Assembly: GCA_036339735.1 (NCBI GenBank) | Contig: JAYZAL010000070.1 | Span: 1 to 49,436 of the forward strand | DNA from: Candidatus Poribacteria bacterium | GTDB lineage: Bacteria > Poribacteria > WGA-4E > UBA9662 | Length of the DNA: 49,436 nt | Direction: 5' to 3' | Part shown: one piece after another, positions 19,110-28,594 of the stretch | Layout of the letters: the number at the start of each line of letters is the position of its first letter | Position numbering within the stretch: the stretch's first letter is position 1 | The notes under the pieces: model-generated | The model's input: only the letters and a program-made list of their open reading frames with translations | What the model was told of the DNA's origin: nothing | The model's database searches: none | Translations under genes and position numbers: made by a program

Positions 19110-20825
19110 TCATCGTTTATACTCACTACGGTCAGTATTACCACCATATTTCATTGCGTAGACTAACAAGTTCGTCATAAATCGATGAACATCTGGTGAG
19201 CGACGGTCTTGCAAACGAGCACGACTATCGACTTCTGACGTCTCCATACAACAGAGATAATCCTTCCGGTTAAAAACGACAGCTAGTCGGTTCCCAATAA
19301 AAATACCTTTTTGAAATTTGAACTGTGTTGGCTTCGGCTTGTAACCACTGTTCCAAAAAACATCCCCACCCGTGGGTGGCTCAGCCAGCTGGTAGTAAAC
19401 TTTGTATAGCTTATGGTCGTGTGGGATATTGGCTAATTGAAATTCAGGAAGTACCGACTGCAATTCTCTTCGAAAACGGGATGCAAAATTTCCATTGAAG
19501 CCACAGTCGTCGAAGAATAAAAGTCCACCACGGTTGATAAGGTATTTTCGCATAGCAATTCTTTCTTTGCGTGAAAACCCTTCGGCTAAGGGACCATCTT
19601 TTGCCAGACTCCGATTCAGAACGATATCTCTGTCGTGTCCAGTCATGAAAATGAATGGAGCATCTAAAATCCGTTCGTCTGTCATACTCAAAGAACCACC
19701 TTCGAAATCGACATCAGCTGTGATTTTCGTGTTATCTTGTAGCCATTTAATAAAACTGGGAACTGCAGTTGGATCCTGCCACCAATCTGATAACGAATGT
19801 TTGAGTCGAACTAATTTGATATGAGCAGAAAATTCGTTACCACTACCAACAATCTTAGCACCCAGCTTATCTTTCGGAATAATCACTAATTCTCTCATGC
19901 TAAAGTTAGAAACTTGACCTGAGTCTTTAGCTCCAGTTGAATTCAACATTGAAGCAATGCCTAGGGATTCAGCACGACCTTGGCTTTGCGCCCTCAATCT
20001 GTTAGATAGCAAACCGGCCCCATCCAATGGAGTATTACTAGTCGTATCAGTTGGAGATTGAACCCGGCTTGGACTTATTGTCATCGGAATCCGAGTTTGG
20101 GTTGTTATATCCGTAGGTTTTTGGTCCACTAGTTTTGGGTTCAGATCAACATTCTGTTGTATATCGACAGGGCGTCGTTGAACAGTTTCAGCTACACTAG
20201 TTGGTGACGTTACTAGGATTTTAGGTTGATTGGTCATCCGTAGAGAAGGATCTGGTGTTATCCGTCGCTGAATGCGATCGACTACCGGTTTTTTGATCAT
20301 TCGACGTGTAGCTGTCTCAGGAATAGAGACAAAATCCACGGAAATTTTATCTTCTTCAATGATATGATTTCGCAAATTAAAGGCGATATAAATTGCCAAT
20401 AGCAAATGGATTAAAAGTGAGATTATTACTGACGGTGATGCTCGAAATACTCTGTGTAATAAGGATACACCAATGGAATCAGAATCAATTATCGTTTCAA
20501 TTTCTATCGTTTGCTTTCCACAGTTTACAGTTATGATGCCAGCTTGGGCTCGAGTGATAGTAATCTCTTCCCCTAAACTTTCCCTTAGGAACATACCAAG
20601 TTGTTCTAGCGAACAGGTTACTTTCCCAGGCTGAATCACCTGTGTAGAAATTTGATCAGATGAAAATAGTAGGTCTCTACTTCTAGCTGACAGTTGAGCC
20701 GTTTGTCCACTAGTCGTTTCGATAGTTATATGTGTTAAACTATTCAAAGCTTTTCGTCTAACAGCCAAGGTCTGTACTGATTTTACTGCTTCTAGAAGAT
20801 TTTGGTGTTTAATTTTGATTTTCAT
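19110..20825 (-). CDS. Membrane protein: DnaN domain-I-like N-terminus + TonB-type TM helix + Pro/Thr-rich linker + DUF4159 domain
   Basis: aa 1-117 follow the beta-clamp N-terminal pattern. TM at aa 131-149 has SLLIH (SxxxH). C-terminus has DWWQDPTA, PFIFMTGH, RKYLINRGGLLFFDDCG, IPHDHKLY. Confidence 0.8.
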   Translation of the reverse strand: MKIKIKHQNLLEAVKSVQTLAVRRKALNSLTHITIETTSGQTAQLSARSRDLLFSSDQISTQVIQPGKVTCSLEQLGMFLRESLGEEITITRAQAGIITVNCGKQTIEIETIIDSDSIGVSLLHRVFRASPSVIISLLIHLLLAIYIAFNLRNHIIEEDKISVDFVSIPETATRRMIKKPVVDRIQRRITPDPSLRMTNQPKILVTSPTSVAETVQRRPVDIQQNVDLNPKLVDQKPTDITTQTRIPMTISPSRVQSPTDTTSNTPLDGAGLLSNRLRAQSQGRAESLGIASMLNSTGAKDSGQVSNFSMRELVIIPKDKLGAKIVGSGNEFSAHIKLVRLKHSLSDWWQDPTAVPSFIKWLQDNTKITADVDFEGGSLSMTDERILDAPFIFMTGHDRDIVLNRSLAKDGPLAEGFSRKERIAMRKYLINRGGLLFFDDCGFNGNFASRFRRELQSVLPEFQLANIPHDHKLYKVYYQLAEPPTGGDVFWNSGYKPKPTQFKFQKGIFIGNRLAVVFNRKDYLCCMETSEVDSRARLQDRRSPDVHRFMTNLLVYAMKYGGNTDRSEYKR

Positions 20826-21405
20826 TTGTTTTGGTTGTCAATTAAGAAATAGTACTAAAAGAAATATTGATATTCGTTTGTTACAAGCTTGGTACAGCAT
20901 TTTCTTTTGACGTTATCGAGTCTAATGAGTTGACGTTAAAAAATTATGTTTGGTGGGTTATGAATTAGTATTTTTGGAAAGATATCTCAACCAAAGCTGA
21001 AGACCATGGCGGAATTACTTACGATAGAACTTTATCTAGCCTGTCAACGCCAACGGTGATTAAGAATGGATCAAAGCGTTCTAACCGATTCGTGAGAGGT
21101 AAAAAAGACGAGCTAGGGTTATTAAACTTAATAGAAACGTCACAAGAGATCGGGAAGTAAAATCAATCAGGTGGCGACTAATGGTAATTTGGGCATATCC
21201 AGCACTATCGTACTCCTTATCTTTAATATAAACTAAGTTAAAATTAATTGAGTGTTGATAGGTGCCTTTAGCTAAGATTTTCATCAGATTCGCCAAGCAA
21301 ACGTGTATCTGGAAATATAAACCCAAGTATTATGATTTTCACGAACAATCCTCAAATTTCGATGGGCCCGGTTGAACTGTTAAGAATAATAGGAGGATTG
21401 TATAT

Positions 21406-23979
21406 CTAATTTGTTTCATCATTTTTGCTAATTTTTTCTGTGCTGTCCACTCTTGGCTCACGGTCTAAAAGATGGCGTACGAAAAAATCTCGCTGACGTC
21501 GGGTACCATAAGCACTTCCTGCAGCTCCATGCCCTACACCTGGAATAATCAATAAATCAAAATCCTTATCGGCTTGGATAAGAGCATTGACCACTTGCAT
21601 TGTACTCGCAGGATCAACGTTTCGGTCTAATTCCCCCACGATTAGTAATAGTTTTCCAGTTAATTTTTTAGCGTGAGTAACATTACTATTATCAGCATAT
21701 TGGGAACCAATTGGCCAACCCATCCAAGCTTCGTTCCACCAAATTTTGTCCATTCGGTTATCGTGACAGCCACAATCAGCCACACCGACATGATAAAAAT
21801 CACCGTAATGCAACATGCCACTAAGCGTGTTCTGCCCACCGGCAGACCCTCCGTAAATCCCAACGCGTGTTAGATCAATTTCTGGGTATTCTGATGCAGC
21901 CGATTTAATCCAGGCAATTCGGTCTGGAAAACCAGAATCTTTCAAATTTTGCCAACAGTAATTGTGAAAATGTTTAGATCGCCAATTGGTTCCCATACCA
22001 TCAATTTGTACCACGATAAATCCAAGTTCTGCCATTTCCTGTTGGTGGTAATGAACTTGAAACTTTTTCGCGACAAAAGCATCGTGTGGCCCAGCGTAAA
22101 TATGTTCAACAACGGGATACCTTTTCTGTTTATCGAAGTTAGTTGGTCGCCACAAGAGACCATAAATGTTAGTTTTTCCATCTCTGCCTAAGCTGGAAAA
22201 ACGCTGAGGAACAGACCATCCCAAATTTCTCAATCTTGTCCAATCAGATTTTTCCAAATCTAAAACCAAATTACCATTTTCTGAACATCTCAATTGATGA
22301 ATAAAGGGTTGGTCAACGCGTGACCAGCTATCCACAAAGAAGCGTCGGTCTAGGGACCATTGTACTTGGTGCGTACCATCATCCTTAGTTAACCAGACTA
22401 GATTTTCTCCACTTAAATCGATACGGCCATAATGGACATAGTAAGGGTCTGAAGTCGTGGGTAGATCTTTGTCTTGAGTGAATGCGTCTCCACTAGCTTG
22501 GAACCAGATTTGGCGTGTATTTTTATCTACATGTTCTACTTGTCTCACTGCCCACTTACCTTTGGTAATTTGGTGTTTGAGCCGGCGATTAGTAACATCG
22601 TAGAGATATAAGTGATTCCATCCACTACGTTCGCTCATCCAAATCAATTCATTATCATTTAACCAATTCAGATACATTTTTTGAGAATAATCAATAAAGC
22701 TTGGACTGTGTTCATTGAAAACAGTATCTGTCTGGCCAGTATCTGAATCTACTGCAATTAACCGTAAAACTTGATGGCCCCGCTGATTATACAAAAAGTA
22801 ACAAGTCGTACTATCTTGATGCCAACGGACATGACTCAATGACCAGGGGTTAGGAAACAGTCTTGATTCAATTTGTAACTGTTTCCCTGTTTCTATATTA
22901 AAAACACACGGGTGAGGTTTGGCGATTTTGTCTCCAGGTTTAAGGTATTGAAAGGAATGAAGCTTGGGCTGAATTTGGTCGCTGGGAGATGATTCAATTA
23001 AATGTACTAAGTGTTCTTGCGCTTGTTGTACCTTGAAAGAGATCAATTTTTGACTGTTTGGTGACCAGTGGATTTGAGTTTGATCATATGGCTCTACTTT
23101 ATTACCGTCCTGACTCAGTTGTTGTATTTGTCCGTGGTCTTTCCACAACCAGAGATTATGTTCCTTAATAAAGGCTAATTTCGTACCATCTGGTGAAAAA
23201 ACCCCATCAGATGGAATATCTCTTTTTGTGATCTTTTCGCTCTGTCTTTTCTCATGTAGTCTTTCTTCCTGAATTGCCACTAAGGGTTCTTGCAAGCTAG
23301 CTTCGTAGACCCCAAACTTTTGACCTATTTCATCCATTATTAGCCAAATGTGCCCAGTATAAGTATGTTGCTGATGAATTTCTCCAATTTCTAAGGTCGA
23401 ATAAAGTTTTTGATCGCCTTGTCCATTTAACCAAAACAGCTGGATTGGTCGATTAGTTTCATTACGAAAAGTAACGGAAATTTCAACTCCTGTTTGATAA
23501 CTTGGCCGGATTGTTGATCCTAGTTTCATTTGAGAGATGTCCACTATACTGGCTATTCGTAAATTGTCAGTTTTGGTGTCAAATTCCCAAGGCTTACCTT
23601 GGAAATTAAAACGCCAAATATCTGGCTGATCAGTAAAAACTAAATTGGTAATGGATAAACGATCGGGGTCAACAGATTGGCCAGTAGCATTCGTTAGTTT
23701 GGTTGCAAGTTTATTATGATTGAAGGCTAATCCTTTGCTTCGTGTTTGGATAGATACCTTTACGAACTGATATCGATCACTTGCCAGTTGTTTCAAATAC
23801 CAAAAATGTTGATTGTCGATTGACCAGTTGGGTGTGATTTCTAGCTGAAAAATTTGATTTCTGAACTGTTCTTTTAGGTTGTTAGCTCTCTTGTAATCAC
23901 TTGAAGAGCCTTGCCCCCAAAGCTGTGTTGTCATTGACAATAAGGCAAACAAGGTTATACTAAGCACAGAATTCTCCAC
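21406..23979 (-). CDS. S9 family dipeptidyl-peptidase IV-like serine peptidase with VHL-beta-like insert
   Basis: Signal peptide; DPPIV propeller (WMSERSGWNHLYLYD); YAGP, GIYGGSAGG nucleophile, ELDRNVD, GVGHG. Confidence 0.92.
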   Translation of the reverse strand: MENSVLSITLFALLSMTTQLWGQGSSSDYKRANNLKEQFRNQIFQLEITPNWSIDNQHFWYLKQLASDRYQFVKVSIQTRSKGLAFNHNKLATKLTNATGQSVDPDRLSITNLVFTDQPDIWRFNFQGKPWEFDTKTDNLRIASIVDISQMKLGSTIRPSYQTGVEISVTFRNETNRPIQLFWLNGQGDQKLYSTLEIGEIHQQHTYTGHIWLIMDEIGQKFGVYEASLQEPLVAIQEERLHEKRQSEKITKRDIPSDGVFSPDGTKLAFIKEHNLWLWKDHGQIQQLSQDGNKVEPYDQTQIHWSPNSQKLISFKVQQAQEHLVHLIESSPSDQIQPKLHSFQYLKPGDKIAKPHPCVFNIETGKQLQIESRLFPNPWSLSHVRWHQDSTTCYFLYNQRGHQVLRLIAVDSDTGQTDTVFNEHSPSFIDYSQKMYLNWLNDNELIWMSERSGWNHLYLYDVTNRRLKHQITKGKWAVRQVEHVDKNTRQIWFQASGDAFTQDKDLPTTSDPYYVHYGRIDLSGENLVWLTKDDGTHQVQWSLDRRFFVDSWSRVDQPFIHQLRCSENGNLVLDLEKSDWTRLRNLGWSVPQRFSSLGRDGKTNIYGLLWRPTNFDKQKRYPVVEHIYAGPHDAFVAKKFQVHYHQQEMAELGFIVVQIDGMGTNWRSKHFHNYCWQNLKDSGFPDRIAWIKSAASEYPEIDLTRVGIYGGSAGGQNTLSGMLHYGDFYHVGVADCGCHDNRMDKIWWNEAWMGWPIGSQYADNSNVTHAKKLTGKLLLIVGELDRNVDPASTMQVVNALIQADKDFDLLIIPGVGHGAAGSAYGTRRQRDFFVRHLLDREPRVDSTEKISKNDETN

Positions 23980-24034
23980 AAATTATCTGGTGAATACATT
24001 GACGGATCGGACAGAAAACTAAATTTATTCTAAC

Positions 24035-25180
24035 ATGAATACTGATATTACCAGCTACTTTTGCGCAGATTGTGACCAAATTTTTCCTATTACAACAACT
24101 CGATACTGTTGTAACTGCGGCCAACCACTCTTGCTTACCACAAATCAAACGCCACTAATACCGGAACAAATAGCCCAGCGTACACCAACCTTATGGCGTT
24201 ACTGGGAGGCGTTACCTATCGCCGATCCAACTTGTATCATTTCACTAGGTGAAGGTATGACACCTCTTGTCAGAGATCAACTAGATTCCTGTCATCATTG
24301 GTTCAAACTAGATTATGTTTTTCCAACAGGGTCCTACAAAGACCGAGGTGCTTCAGTTCTACTCTCAAAAGCTTACGAACTTGGAATCGACCGAGTTATT
24401 GAGGATTCTTCTGGCAATGCAGGTGCAGCTATTGCTGCATACAGTGCAAGAGCCAATATCGATTGTATTATTTATTGTCCTGAGAAAACATCGGCCGGAA
24501 AATTAGCTCAAATCTTGTCTTATGGAGCAACACTTGAATTGATTCCTGGTAATAGAGCCCAAACCACCCAAGCAGTGTTATCGGCCACTGATAGTATTTT
24601 TTACGCTTCGCATAATTGGAACCCTTTCTTCTTGTCGGGTGTACAAACGATGGCTTTTGAAATTGTTGAACAATTGGATTGGTCAGCACCCGATGCTGTG
24701 GTTTGTCCCGTTGGATTTGGAGGAATTTACCTTAGCCTTTATTTAGGTTTTCAGAAATTATACCTACAAGGTTTAATCAAAAAGTTACCTCGTTTATTAG
24801 GTGTCCAGTCGGAATCTTGTTGCCCCATTTTTCGATCGTTAGCTAACAATCAGAGTGAAATTACGCCTATGCCGGTTGAGGCTGAAACTTTGGCTGAAGG
24901 AATCATTGCTGAACAGCCTATTAGAAGTCGTATGATTAAAGATGTTGTCTCGAAAACTGAAGGTGCTTTCACTACTGTTACTGAGGACGAAATCAGAGCA
25001 GGTTTGGATACTTTAGCCAAAAAGGGAATTTTTGTTGAACCTACGTCGGCAGTCGTCGTCAGTGGATTGGAACATTTTTCTAATCGCGGAATCGTGCAAC
25101 CCAATGATTTGGTCATATCTATTCTAACGGGTTCTGGCTTAAAATCTACCGAAACGCTAAAAAAACTTGTTGGATATTAG
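24035..25180 (+). CDS. thrC: Threonine synthase-like PLP-dependent enzyme
   Basis: N-terminal CxxC...CxCG, SLGEGMTPL, PTGSYKDRG (PLP Lys), DSSGNAG, VEPTSA, LTGSGLK. Confidence 0.8.
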   Translation: MNTDITSYFCADCDQIFPITTTRYCCNCGQPLLLTTNQTPLIPEQIAQRTPTLWRYWEALPIADPTCIISLGEGMTPLVRDQLDSCHHWFKLDYVFPTGSYKDRGASVLLSKAYELGIDRVIEDSSGNAGAAIAAYSARANIDCIIYCPEKTSAGKLAQILSYGATLELIPGNRAQTTQAVLSATDSIFYASHNWNPFFLSGVQTMAFEIVEQLDWSAPDAVVCPVGFGGIYLSLYLGFQKLYLQGLIKKLPRLLGVQSESCCPIFRSLANNQSEITPMPVEAETLAEGIIAEQPIRSRMIKDVVSKTEGAFTTVTEDEIRAGLDTLAKKGIFVEPTSAVVVSGLEHFSNRGIVQPNDLVISILTGSGLKSTETLKKLVGY

Positions 25181-25379
25181 ATTGGTGTTCCAGAATAAGA
25201 AATTGTAAAACTTTTCAATAGTTCCTTTCTTAAAACGTCGTATAGGTCTAGATCTTTAAATTGGTTAACAACCACGGAAGTCAGTGATCCGGGACCTGAA
25301 TTCAACGAAATTGATTTCACAGTATATTACAATTTTGTTGTCAATTTTGTTTTGTATCGATTATCTTGACTTATCAACA

Positions 25380-25388
25380 TGTTATAAT
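25380..25388 (+). promoter_or_regulatory. Extended -10 promoter (TGnTATAAT), probably giving a leaderless mRNA
   Basis: TG-T-TATAAT at 25380-25388; ATG 7 nt downstream at 25396; no SD. Confidence 0.55.
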
Positions 25389-25395
25389 ACGGTAT

Positions 25396-26358
25396 ATGAT
25401 TAGCGTTAAAGATTTGACCAAAACCTATGGTACTTTTAAAGCCCTAAAAGGGATTAGTTTTGAAATTGATAAAGGGGAAGTCGTTGGTTTTCTAGGACCA
25501 AACGGTGCAGGTAAAACGACTACAATGCGAGTCCTAAGCTCCTATATGCCTGCTGATTCTGGTACAGTAGAGGTTGCCGGATACGATGTCTTTCACTCTT
25601 CTTTGGAAGTAAAAAAAAGGGTAGGTTACTTACCAGAAATTGTCCCCTTATATCCAGAAATGACCGTAAGTGGTTATCTTAATTATGTCGCCCAAATAAA
25701 GGATATTCCCTATCATCAAAGACCAGAACGTCTGGATTTTGTCCTAGAAGCGTGTGGACTCAAAGATCGAAGGAGACAAATCACCGGACAGTTATCCAAA
25801 GGCTACCGCCAACGAGTTGGTTTAGCCCAATCTCTGATTCATGATCCTGAGGTGATTATTTTAGATGAACCAACCTCTGGGCTTGACCCTCGCCAGATTA
25901 TTGAAATCAGGGAACTGATTCGTCAACTTGGCCAAAACCGAACAGTTATCCTCAGTACACACATTCTGGCGGAAGCTAGTATGACTTGTCAACGAATGCT
26001 GGTCATTCATGAGGGAAAGATTGCAGGAGAAATCGAGCTTGTGGACCGAAAGCCGTTACTACGTTTGCGTGATGGTGAGGACTTCGCTACAAACGAGCGG
26101 CATATTCGCTTAGTTGTACAAGGGAAGCTAGAAATTATACAAAATACTTTGGATGAGTTAAGTCTATCTTACACACTTTCCAATCAAGAACGCAGTACCT
26201 ATACTTTCCAAGTGGCTCCAAGAATTAATGCAGATAAAAACGGCGATTTGAGGCCACAAGTGGCCAAAGCACTAGTTCATCAAGGCTGCCAATTACTAGA
26301 AGTTGCAGTAGTAGAATCTACACTAGAAGAAATTTTTCTCCAGCTAACCACCAGTTAA
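25396..26358 (+). CDS. ABC transporter ATP-binding protein (ABC-2/GldA-like)
   Basis: GPNGAGKTT, LSKGYRQRVG, ILDEPTSGLDP, LEEIFLQLT. Start set at ATG 25396 (MISVKDLTK). Confidence 0.9.
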   Translation: MISVKDLTKTYGTFKALKGISFEIDKGEVVGFLGPNGAGKTTTMRVLSSYMPADSGTVEVAGYDVFHSSLEVKKRVGYLPEIVPLYPEMTVSGYLNYVAQIKDIPYHQRPERLDFVLEACGLKDRRRQITGQLSKGYRQRVGLAQSLIHDPEVIILDEPTSGLDPRQIIEIRELIRQLGQNRTVILSTHILAEASMTCQRMLVIHEGKIAGEIELVDRKPLLRLRDGEDFATNERHIRLVVQGKLEIIQNTLDELSLSYTLSNQERSTYTFQVAPRINADKNGDLRPQVAKALVHQGCQLLEVAVVESTLEEIFLQLTTS

Positions 26359-26373
26359 CAATCCATATGAAAA

Positions 26374-27300
26374 TTAGCTTAGTAACCGATGGAAGATTGA
26401 CTTCATGCTGTGTAGCCGATTTTCTGATTGGCAAAATACGATTGATCGGGGATCATCAAGTAACTGTCCAGTAATCTCATAGCCCCTATGAGCAGCTAGG
26501 CAATGCATAACTAGTACCTGTCGATCTCCAAGTAGCTGATGGTTGAGTTGATATGGTTGAAAAGCCTCGATGCGTCTTTTTTTCTCTTCAACGAAATTAG
26601 GATCTTTAAAGAACTCCATGTCGACCCAAGTGTCAGTATAAACAATATCACAACCTTCCACTGCCTGCTTTATATCACCCGTAGTAGAGTAGGTACCAGC
26701 CGACTGAGCTTGCTGATATAGCTCCACATCTTCTATCAACGGGTTGCTTTCGGGCGCTACAACCGCTACATGCATACCAACCAACATTCCCGCACGAATC
26801 AGGGAATTAGACACGTTGTTTGGCATTCCAACATAGGTAAGTTTAACACCTTCCAGTTTTCCTAATTTTTCTTTAATAGTCATCAGGTCCCCAAGTGCTT
26901 GGGTTGGATGATACCTGTTGCAACAGCCGTTAATAATCGGTGCAGTTGCATTTTTTTCAGCTACAACGATATCTTCGTAAGATAGCAAACGTGCTAGAAT
27001 TAGATCAGTGTAAGAGGATAAGCTACGAATCTCATCTCGCAGATCAGCTAGAGCAAAGTTGGTTGTTCGCCAGTCAAGGTATACACTGTGTCCCCCCATT
27101 TGAGCAATGGCTATCTCACCTGCACAACGAGTACGAGTAGATGTCTTTTGAAACAATAAGGCAACTGTTTTTCCATCTAAAGACTGGGTAAATCGACGTG
27201 GTGCAGCCTTGATCTCGATAGCCAGATCGATCATTTCTAATACCTCGTTAGTAGACCAACCCTTTAATGAAACTAGGCTTTTTCCGGAGAAAGTGGACAT
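26374..27300 (-). CDS. argF: Ornithine carbamoyltransferase (variant motifs)
   Basis: FQKTSTRT carbamoyl-phosphate motif, HPTQ, YTDTW, MHCL, QSENRLH. Confidence 0.8.
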   Translation of the reverse strand: MSTFSGKSLVSLKGWSTNEVLEMIDLAIEIKAAPRRFTQSLDGKTVALLFQKTSTRTRCAGEIAIAQMGGHSVYLDWRTTNFALADLRDEIRSLSSYTDLILARLLSYEDIVVAEKNATAPIINGCCNRYHPTQALGDLMTIKEKLGKLEGVKLTYVGMPNNVSNSLIRAGMLVGMHVAVVAPESNPLIEDVELYQQAQSAGTYSTTGDIKQAVEGCDIVYTDTWVDMEFFKDPNFVEEKKRRIEAFQPYQLNHQLLGDRQVLVMHCLAAHRGYEITGQLLDDPRSIVFCQSENRLHSMKSIFHRLLS

Positions 27301-27355
27301 GAAACTGGGGGCTCCATTAGTTTAAATTTACCGTCCGCTCGGCGAGAAAACGCTA

Positions 27356-27384
27356 ATTATACAGGCCTTTTGTATAACTGTCAA
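27356..27384 (-). promoter_or_regulatory. Consensus sigma70 promoter for argF, overlapped by an inverted repeat
   Basis: Minus strand TTGACA, 17 nt, TATAAT. Palindrome ttataca-N7-tgtataa at 27357-27377. Confidence 0.8.
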
Positions 27385-27496
27385 CAGAAATGGCTTACTT
27401 GATCATTTGAATGCGAAATGGAATTACGTATAACCGGAGTCAGGTTGATTGAGGCTAATTGATATGGTAACATTGAAAATTGATCTTCAACTGATT

Positions 27497-28555
27497 ATGA
27501 CTTACAAAAAAATCCGATTAACAAAAACTGTCAGTTGTGCAGGCTGAGCATCAAAGTTAGATCCGGGCGATCTGCAAACTGTCTTATCTCAAGTAAAACC
27601 GGTAGTGGACGACAATCTTCTCGTTGGTAGAGAGACCAATGATGATGCGGGAGTTTATCGTCTTAGTAAAGACTTAGCCATTATTAATACTACTGACTAC
27701 TTTACGCCGATTGTTGATGACCCTTATTCTTTTGGTGCTATTGCTGCCACTAATGCTCTCAGTGATGTTTATAGTATGGGTGGTATACCAAAAACTGCGC
27801 TTAATATTGTTTGTTGGAATAAAGACCAGCTGGAATTGTCAGTTTTAGCCGAAATACTGAATGGGGGTGCCGATAAAGTTAAGCAAGCAAATGCCGTTGT
27901 AGTAGGTGGTCACACTGTCACAGGACCTGAACTCTTGTATGGCTTAGCCCTAACTGGAACCGTTCATCCCGAACACGTGATTCAAAATTGTACCGCTCAA
28001 CCAGGAGATCTACTGATTTTGACTAAAAAGATCGGTATTGGTATTTTGACTACTGGACTCAAGTTCGATTCTGTTGACGAGCATATTCTACCAATCGCCA
28101 TTGAGTCAATGACAAGACTCAATAAGAGTGCCTCTGAAATCATGTTGCAACACCGAGTTACTTCTTGCACTGATATTACCGGTTATGGACTGCTCGGCCA
28201 TGCAGAAGAGATGGCGACTGGCAGTGGCGTGGTAATCGATATTTTTTCTCAAGAGGTTCCATATTTTGACCTCGTGCCTGAATTGGTACGCCAAGGGATT
28301 TCAACTAGAGCGGGTTCGGCTAATCAAGAATTCCTACAAGAGAAAGTCTCCTTTTCGACCAATGTAGATAAGACTCTGAAACAAATTTTATTAGAAGCAG
28401 AAACATCAGGTGGATTACTGTTCTCACTCCCAGAAGATGAAGTTAGTGTCGCACTTGACAAGCTCAAGCACGCAGATTGTCCTGAGGCCACAGTCGTTGG
28501 GCAGGTTAAGGAATTCTCCAGTAATGACACTAACAATGTTATTAACGTTTTATAG
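27497..28555 (+). CDS. selD: Selenide, water dikinase SelD containing selenocysteine (in-frame UGA at 27545-27547)
   Basis: ATG 27497 reads MTYKKIRLTKTVSCAG-U-ASKLDPGDL, in frame with DDAGVY, TTDYFTPIVDDP, NALSDVYSMGG, GGHT, TDITGYGLLGH, ETSGGLL. Confidence 0.95.
27555..27580 (+). promoter_or_regulatory. Bacterial SECIS-like hairpin
   Basis: agtt-agatc-[cgggc]-gatct-gca-aact. The apical loop starts 16 nt after the UGA and has G at loop position 2. Confidence 0.75.
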
Positions 28556-28594
28556 GTCTTAGTTTTTTGATACTAATGACAACCCGAAGAAGTA

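Noticed and set aside
20970-21326. About 60 open codons on + without a start, and an 81-aa TTG ORF on -
   Set aside because: No RBS, start context or recognisable motif in either.
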